Shown here: positions 58,720 through 64,000 of the stretch, piece by piece | Position numbering within the stretch: position 1 is the first letter of the stretch | Layout of the letters: each line of letters starts with the position of its first letter | IMG/VR virus record: IMGVR_UViG_2898099943_000001 | Location: 62,001-126,000 of that record | Origin: an uncultured virus (IMG/VR IMGVR_UViG_2898099943_000001) | Lineage: Duplodnaviria > Heunggongvirae > Uroviricota > Caudoviricetes | Reading direction: 5' to 3' (one strand) | Length of the DNA: 64,000 nt | Translations under genes and position numbers: made by a program | Notes under the pieces: generated by a model | What the model saw: only the letters and a program-made list of their open reading frames with translations | The model's database searches: none | What the model was told of the DNA's origin: nothing

Positions 58720-58986
58720 TTGATGAAGATTAATAAAAGGGTCTTAAACAAAAGAAGAATAGAATGCGGTGACGTGATTAAAGTTGTTTATAACGGTGAA
58801 AGTGCGTACGAAGAATACTGGTTTGTAATAAAAGAACTTGGGGGTAAACGGTATCACGCAGTCGATATAGCTACGGGTGTAGCTGGAATATCAGCTGATA
58901 CACCATCAGAGATTGAAGCAATTTTATGTGGTGACGCTATTGTAGATTGGGGTATCGTGGACGCGGAAATAGACGTGTCTAATTAA
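58720..58986 (+). CDS. Small beta-rich paralogue 3 of 5
   Basis: GDVIKV..EYWFV..YHAVDIATG. Confidence 0.7.
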   Translation: MMKINKRVLNKRRIECGDVIKVVYNGESAYEEYWFVIKELGGKRYHAVDIATGVAGISADTPSEIEAILCGDAIVDWGIVDAEIDVSN

Positions 58987-59001
58987 GTGGAGGAATTACA
59001 T

Positions 59002-59259
59002 ATGTCAGTACGTAGAAATGTGAATATTATCAAGAGCCTTAAAAGTGGAGATATAATCGACCTCGGTTTAAACGGGCATAACGAATACTATATAGTAGCG
59101 TACCAAGCGGTTGGTGGAAAATATTGTTTAACCAGTTTGCAAGATGGCTACACAAGTGTATATGGGGATAGCTTAGAATATATTGAAGACTTCTTGCGTG
59201 GCTTAGGTTATGAAATTGTAGAAGATACAGAAACAAAAGAGTTTGAATTTAGTTTTTAG
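59002..59259 (+). CDS. Small beta-rich paralogue 4 of 5
   Basis: GDIIDL..EYYIV..YCLTSLQDG. Confidence 0.7.
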   Translation: MSVRRNVNIIKSLKSGDIIDLGLNGHNEYYIVAYQAVGGKYCLTSLQDGYTSVYGDSLEYIEDFLRGLGYEIVEDTETKEFEFSF

Positions 59260-59272
59260 GAGGTGTTGGATA

Positions 59273-59539
59273 ATGAAGATTAAAGAGATAATTGACGAAT
59301 ACGGTTTACGTTTCGGCGATATAATCTACGTTAGAGACAACGATAGCTTCTACATGTTTACGCTAGAAACAAACAATTCATGCGTTGTTAATCTTCATAA
59401 TGGGCATATTCATATACATTATTGGGAACACGATATTAAAGAAACTGCGTTAAGGTTCTTTGATAACAAGAATTGCGTACTCATTAACAAGGGTTCACTT
59501 CTTAAAAGTGCGACTAACATGGAGGGAGGAGTTCTATGA
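59273..59539 (+). CDS. Small beta-rich paralogue 5 of 5
   Basis: GDIIYV..FYMF..CVVNLHNG. Confidence 0.65.
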   Translation: MKIKEIIDEYGLRFGDIIYVRDNDSFYMFTLETNNSCVVNLHNGHIHIHYWEHDIKETALRFFDNKNCVLINKGSLLKSATNMEGGVL

Positions 59540-59688
59540 GAGTATGGAAAATTTTAACAACAATAGTATTCATATTAATAACTGTAGGTATAGCTTTTTC
59601 AGAAATAGATACAGTCATGAAAACTTCAGCTGCAATGTTGGTTCTAATTTATTGGGAACTTGAAGATATTTTGAGAAAACTTGATTAG
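59536..59688 (+). CDS. Small membrane protein (50 aa)
   Basis: GGAGGAG RBS; MRVWKILTTIVFILITV... Confidence 0.6.
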   Translation: MRVWKILTTIVFILITVGIAFSEIDTVMKTSAAMLVLIYWELEDILRKLD

Positions 59689-59700
59689 GAGGGATAGCTC

Positions 59701-60111
59701 ATGGATAGACCGTTACAGAATATAAACGATATAGATACATCTAAGATTGTAGAAGTCTATGATAATTTAGTGTGGTATAAATTGCCATTAGATAATGGAT
59801 GGACATCTTATACGCTGCGTGCGGTAGATTGTATGCACGATAACGTGGAAATCTATAACAAGGATAATATCTATTCTGATGATGGATATACCCTCGGTAT
59901 TAATTTCTCTCATATTCCTTCTGAACGCTATGACGAGCTACGTCCCATTGTTAAATGGTATGGATGCAAAATTGAAGACGATGGTGAAATTGTATTAAAT
60001 GCTTATAAGATGAGATTTGGGAATCCATTATTGAATATGACGTTAGCCCTTAGCACAATCGAAAACTATTTTGAATTTAGTGATAAGAAGGAGGATTATC
60101 CATATAAATGA
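59701..60111 (+). CDS. Hypothetical protein (possibly DUF1828-like)
   Basis: DNVEIY...SDDGYTL motif. Confidence 0.5.
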   Translation: MDRPLQNINDIDTSKIVEVYDNLVWYKLPLDNGWTSYTLRAVDCMHDNVEIYNKDNIYSDDGYTLGINFSHIPSERYDELRPIVKWYGCKIEDDGEIVLNAYKMRFGNPLLNMTLALSTIENYFEFSDKKEDYPYK

Positions 60112-60482
60112 CAAGTGCTGAAAGAAAGTTCAATAAAGCAGTACGTAGATTAGACATGTACTTAGAAGATGGTAATATGGTCTCTGCTGACATTGAACTA
60201 AAATCTATGCGTAGAGTATATGATGAAATGAAGAAACTAGAAAGTCATAGTGTTACCTTCTGGCTTTTTGTTACAGCAGCTCTAGTTGTGTATATTGGTA
60301 TGGGGTGGGGTAAGTATGAAATACCAACCATATTTGTTACAGGAGTAGAGGCAATATCATTTGCTTTGATGACTTATGTTTCTAATATAGTAGACAATTT
60401 CATTGATAATATTGAATACTGGGAAAATGAGTATAACAGACATAAGGAGGTGAATAGAACGGTTGACGACAGTATCAACTAA
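60108..60482 (+). CDS. Membrane hypothetical protein
   Basis: Two TM segments. Confidence 0.62.
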   Translation: MTSAERKFNKAVRRLDMYLEDGNMVSADIELKSMRRVYDEMKKLESHSVTFWLFVTAALVVYIGMGWGKYEIPTIFVTGVEAISFALMTYVSNIVDNFIDNIEYWENEYNRHKEVNRTVDDSIN

Positions 60483-60723
60483 TAATGTAGTAACAGTATA
60501 TACTAAGAATAATTGTCCGCAATGCAAGATAACAAAACGTAAGTTGCATTCTATGGGAATTGACTATCATGAATACAATGTAGATGAAGACCCCAAAGCA
60601 TTAGATTATTTGTTAGAAAGAGGCTTGCGTAGTTTACCTGTTGTAGTTACAGAAGATGATACATGGACTGGGCTACGAATGGACAAGTTAAACAATCTTC
60701 AAAAAAAGATGAATATTTCTTAG
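60463..60723 (+). CDS. nrdH: NrdH-like glutaredoxin
   Basis: VYTKNNCPQCKITK...GLRSLPVV...WTGLR. Confidence 0.88.
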   Translation: MTTVSTNNVVTVYTKNNCPQCKITKRKLHSMGIDYHEYNVDEDPKALDYLLERGLRSLPVVVTEDDTWTGLRMDKLNNLQKKMNIS

Positions 60724-60878
60724 TTTTCTGTTGACTTTTATTTTTTATATGGTATTATAATATATGTAGTTAAGAGTTAAGAGAATAAACGAATAACTCA
60801 AGGCTACAACAAAACAATTAAATAAATCTATTATATGTGTAGAACTTACAAAATGTGTCCTGTTAAGTGAGTTCAACA

Positions 60879-60957
60879 ATCGGATAGCTTAATGGCAGAG
60901 CGTACGAGTATGATAACGATACTTGTAAGGTTTGGTGTTCAATTCATCAATCCGATA
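60879..60957 (+). tRNA. Non-canonical tRNA-like gene with 9-bp anticodon stem
   Basis: ATCGGA/TCCGAT; D-arm GCTT-AATGGCA-GAGC; TACGAGTAT-GATAACG-ATACTTGTA; T-arm TTGGTG-TTCAATT-CATCAA. Confidence 0.6.
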
Positions 60958-61245
60958 TTTGTCACGATAACTATAATGATACTTGATTTTGTGCATTCAC
61001 AATGAATGTGCATCCTTTTACTAAAATATTTTGTTTATTTTCTTTACTTATGTAGCGGTTATCGTGGCGACACCTCCAAAAGATTGGTAGGTGGGTGATT
61101 AACGGATTTGCCCATCTACATAGGGTTTGGTTAGAATATTGGTTTACAACTCCTTCCGTCAAGAAGTTACCAAATCCTATGTAGGTGAACAAAACTTAGT
61201 TTACCTAAACAACTTTCGCAAATTTAAAAAAGGGTGGTGAGTAAG

Positions 61246-62403
61246 ATGTTAAAAGGTATTAAGTTGCGTATATATCCAAATAAGAAACAACGTGAACAAC
61301 TAGATATTATGTTTGGGAATAGTCGTTTTGTTTGGAATAATATGTCAGCTATGATGAATGAGCGTTATAAGAATAACAAAGATTTGCCTATATTGAGTGG
61401 TTATGACTTGAATAACTTACTAAAGCCATTGAAAGTTGAATATCCATTTTTGAAAGAGAGTGATAGTTCTGCTTTACAAGTAGATTGCCAAAATCTATAT
61501 CAAGCGTGGAAGAACTTCTTTAATTCTGGTTTTGGCAAGCCTAGATTTAAATCTAGGAAATTCTATAAGCAATCATATACGGGTAAGTTGGTAAGTATCC
61601 ATGTAATAGCTAAAAGATATATGAAAATGCCTAAGCTAGGATATATTAAGTCTAGCAAAACATCCCAGCTCACCGATTGTAAGATTAAACGTTATACACT
61701 AAGTCATGATACAACTGGTCGTTATTATTTATCTTTACAGGTAGAATGTGAAAATCAAGCATTGTTACCTAAGACAAATAAATCAGTTGGACTAGATTTA
61801 GGTGTAGCAGACTTAGCTATTTCTTCTGATGGAATTAAATATAATACATTTCATGTGGAAGATTTAGAAGATAAAGCTAAATTGTGGCAACGTAAGTTTT
61901 CTAAACGTAGACATCAAGCTAAAGTTTGTATTGAGAGTGATAAATACTCTAAAGTATTAGTACCTAGAGATTTTGATGATTTTAAAAATCTGCAAAAAGC
62001 TCAAAGAGCTAAAGCTAGATTACAAGCTAAAATAGCCAACACACGCAAAGATTACTTGCATAAATTAACCACAATGTTAGTTAAACAATACGATATTATC
62101 GTTATTGAAGATTTAAAGGCTAAGAATATGATGAAAAATCATAAACTAGCTAAAGCAATAGCTAACGGTTCATGGTATTTGTTCCGTTCTATGTTGGAAT
62201 ATAAGTGTAATTGGTATGGCAAACAACTAATAGTAGTTAGTCCCAAATACACTTCACAAGTGTGTTCTAACTGCGGTGTAAATACAGGTAAGAAACCATT
62301 AGATGTTCGTGAGTGGACTTGTGATAATTGTGGTATACATCACGATAGAGATATTAACGCTGCTAGAAACATCTTGGCTAAAGGATTAAAAGAAGTAGCT
62401 TAA
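61246..62403 (+). CDS. tnpB: IS200/IS605-family TnpB RNA-guided endonuclease
   Basis: KLRIYP; RuvC motifs [21 protein letters not shown]; Zn finger CSNC/CDNC. Confidence 0.93.
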   Translation: MLKGIKLRIYPNKKQREQLDIMFGNSRFVWNNMSAMMNERYKNNKDLPILSGYDLNNLLKPLKVEYPFLKESDSSALQVDCQNLYQAWKNFFNSGFGKPRFKSRKFYKQSYTGKLVSIHVIAKRYMKMPKLGYIKSSKTSQLTDCKIKRYTLSHDTTGRYYLSLQVECENQALLPKTNKSVGLDLGVADLAISSDGIKYNTFHVEDLEDKAKLWQRKFSKRRHQAKVCIESDKYSKVLVPRDFDDFKNLQKAQRAKARLQAKIANTRKDYLHKLTTMLVKQYDIIVIEDLKAKNMMKNHKLAKAIANGSWYLFRSMLEYKCNWYGKQLIVVSPKYTSQVCSNCGVNTGKKPLDVREWTCDNCGIHHDRDINAARNILAKGLKEVA

Positions 62404-62540
62404 ATAAACATAAAGGTATGGGACGTGCCTCGGTAATATATCTAGGTTCTGTAAGTTAGGCTTAGTTCTAAATACTACCTAGAGTTCCCAGAAACCACCG
62501 TTTTTAATCGGTGTGTAGTCCATCAGCGAGTAGACGGTTT
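62330..62540 (+). ncRNA. Putative TnpB omega-RNA/right end with guide from ~62524
   Basis: Hairpins after stop; CACCG-N-CGGTG then TGTAGTCCAT, resembling an IS605 right end; boundaries approximate. Confidence 0.5.
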
Positions 62541-62629
62541 ACTTTTCAATGTATTTTTTATGCTCTTGATTATATATTTCCATTTTTAAGCTACTCGTTG
62601 ATATATCCATCTTAATCGGAGGTGTAAGT

Positions 62630-62845
62630 TTGGATAAATTAAGTAATATGATTGATAGATTTCTCTTAACGAGAACATGGTATTTAATTCAATGGTTGTT
62701 TATTATGACTGTTGCGTTTGACCTAATCTTTTATAGTTATGGTTTTTGGACTAAGTTATTCTATTTAGCTGGTTTGGCAGCTGGGTTTAGTAATATAAAA
62801 GAATGGCATAAAAAGCATATCTATCAATCAAAACGTAAACATTAA
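62630..62845 (+). CDS. Small membrane protein
   Basis: GGAGGTG RBS; hydrophobic. Confidence 0.62.
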   Translation: MDKLSNMIDRFLLTRTWYLIQWLFIMTVAFDLIFYSYGFWTKLFYLAGLAAGFSNIKEWHKKHIYQSKRKH

Positions 62846-63209
62846 AATACATAGGCAGCTTTGATGGTTGCTAAAGGGAACGGGTTGGTTTTTCACATCC
62901 TTTCAATGAATATAGATAATTAACCCCTATTTACTAATACGATACTGACAAAGTTTTTCGTCCCGTTCTCTCTAGGAGCTATCAAAAGCTCTCCCAAAAC
63001 AAGTCTACTATATGTTAAGAGTTTAGAGAATAAACGAGTAGACATTTGGTATGTAAAATGTTGGACTGTCGGGAACACTATACCACACAAGCTAATATGC
63101 GGCTTTTACATACCACGCTCACAGACTTTAAAGGGAATGTGGGAGCGGATAGGCGAACGCGAATAGTGTAGTTAGTAAACCTATGCGTAATTATTTATCC
63201 TAGTTGGTA

Positions 63210-63282
63210 GTCATGTGGTGTATTCGGGTAACACGCTCGTCCTTGAAACGAGAGCAGCAAGGTTCAATTCTTTGCCATGACA
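63210..63282 (+). tRNA. Degenerate tRNA-Gln(TTG)-like gene
   Basis: GTCATG/CATGAC; CTCGT-CCTTGAA-ACGAG; GCAAGG-TTCAATT-CTTTGC; 6/6 stems and C at position 33. Confidence 0.6.
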
Positions 63283-63383
63283 TAGAGGTGGAAACACCTC
63301 GAAACAAACATTTATTAATTCGTTCATTTTTTATTGGTTGATTATTTTGCGTATTAATCAACACTCCTTTTTAAATTATTTTG

Positions 63384-63435
63384 TTGCCGCAGATGTAAAA
63401 GGTACATTTTATGAGTTCGACTCCTAATGTGGTAA
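63384..63435 (+). ncRNA. tRNA-like element without anticodon arm
   Basis: TTGCCGCA/TGTGGTAA; ATGT-AAAAGGT-ACAT; GAG-TTCGA-CTC. Confidence 0.5.
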
Positions 63436-63579
63436 TAGGGGGTAGGGCATGACTACCCCGAGATTATAACTTTGCGTTAAGTAATAATGCGACATTAATA
63501 AGTTAATTCATGAACAGGTTCATTACGACTTACGGATTGGTTCATGGTTTAGATTTCCTCCTTTTAGAATTAGAAGGTT

Positions 63580-63640
63580 AGCAACGTAGCTCAACTGGTA
63601 GAGCGGAAGGATGATGTGGGTTCGAGTCCCACCGTTGCAA
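63580..63640 (+). ncRNA. tRNA-like element without anticodon arm
   Basis: GCAACG/CGTTGC; canonical D-arm GCTC-AACTGGTA-GAGC; 11-nt linker; canonical T-arm GTGGG-TTCGAGT-CCCAC. Confidence 0.72.
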
Positions 63641-63686
63641 TTAGCCAATATGGCTATAAATATACAATAGAAAAGAGGTGAGATAG

Positions 63687-64000
63687 ATGAAGACAATGAG
63701 TGAGTTGAAATACCATTATGGTTTAAAGATGTGCATTCATCCTAGTACAAAGCAAAAACAAATCATTAAGATGAACAGTGATGTATCTAGGGCTGTATAT
63801 AACGCTATGGTTGCGATTGATAAAGAGTTGTATCAACTCAAACAGGTAAAACTACCTATTGATACAATCCAAACACGTATTGTTGAATTGGAACAACGCA
63901 AGAAAGCTCAAAACTATTTAGCAACGCACTATACTTACATGAAACACCCTTATATTGATAGTCATTGTCGTTCTATGGCAATGCGTTCTTATAAAGCTGC
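63687..64000 (+). CDS. tnpB: Second TnpB-family protein, 5' part
   Basis: GAGGTG RBS; MKTMSELKYHYGLKMCIHPSTKQKQIIKMNSDVSRAVYN resembles TnpB N-terminal HTH. Confidence 0.7.
   Translation, partial: MKTMSELKYHYGLKMCIHPSTKQKQIIKMNSDVSRAVYNAMVAIDKELYQLKQVKLPIDTIQTRIVELEQRKKAQNYLATHYTYMKHPYIDSHCRSMAMRSYKA

Noticed and set aside
60879..60957. Calling this a functional tRNA-Leu(TAA)
   Set aside because: Loop lacks pyrimidine-32/U33 and purine-37; anticodon stem is 9 bp

Overview
64-kb segment of a large, AT-rich SPbeta-like tailed phage of a lactic-acid Firmicute (Lactobacillaceae-like host, inferred), apparently maintained as a plasmid. Left arm (minus strand, 1-18.3 kb): virion morphogenesis genes (tail fibre, major tail, collagen-fibre cassette, head-tail connectors, capsid, protease/scaffold, portal, terminase, HU). 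Centre (18.6-29.9 kb): two paralogous wHTH-like genes, a RepA_N replicon with a pSK41-type antisense RNA, ParA with four paralogous RHH-like partners and GTACA repeat clusters, a 2.3-kb non-coding region with a perfect chromosomal-type parS, an XRE repressor, three tandem promoters and a ~500-nt GC-rich structured leader. Right arm (plus strand): small early genes, a two-domain sliding-clamp homologue, antirepressor, orphan HigB, two integrase-fold genes, replication and nucleotide genes (dNMP kinase, AAA ATPase, phosphoesterase, DnaB, RecD2, PnuC, NrdH) and two TnpB genes within a non-coding RNA cluster. The most unusual signal is an RNA layer that no ORF explains: eight non-canonical tRNA-like elements (six lacking a normal anticodon arm), several stem-loops with anti-Shine-Dalgarno loops, a ~21-nt leader motif repeated about 10 times, and several genes that appear to start at ATA/ATT/ATC. 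All calls are by eye; no searches were run.
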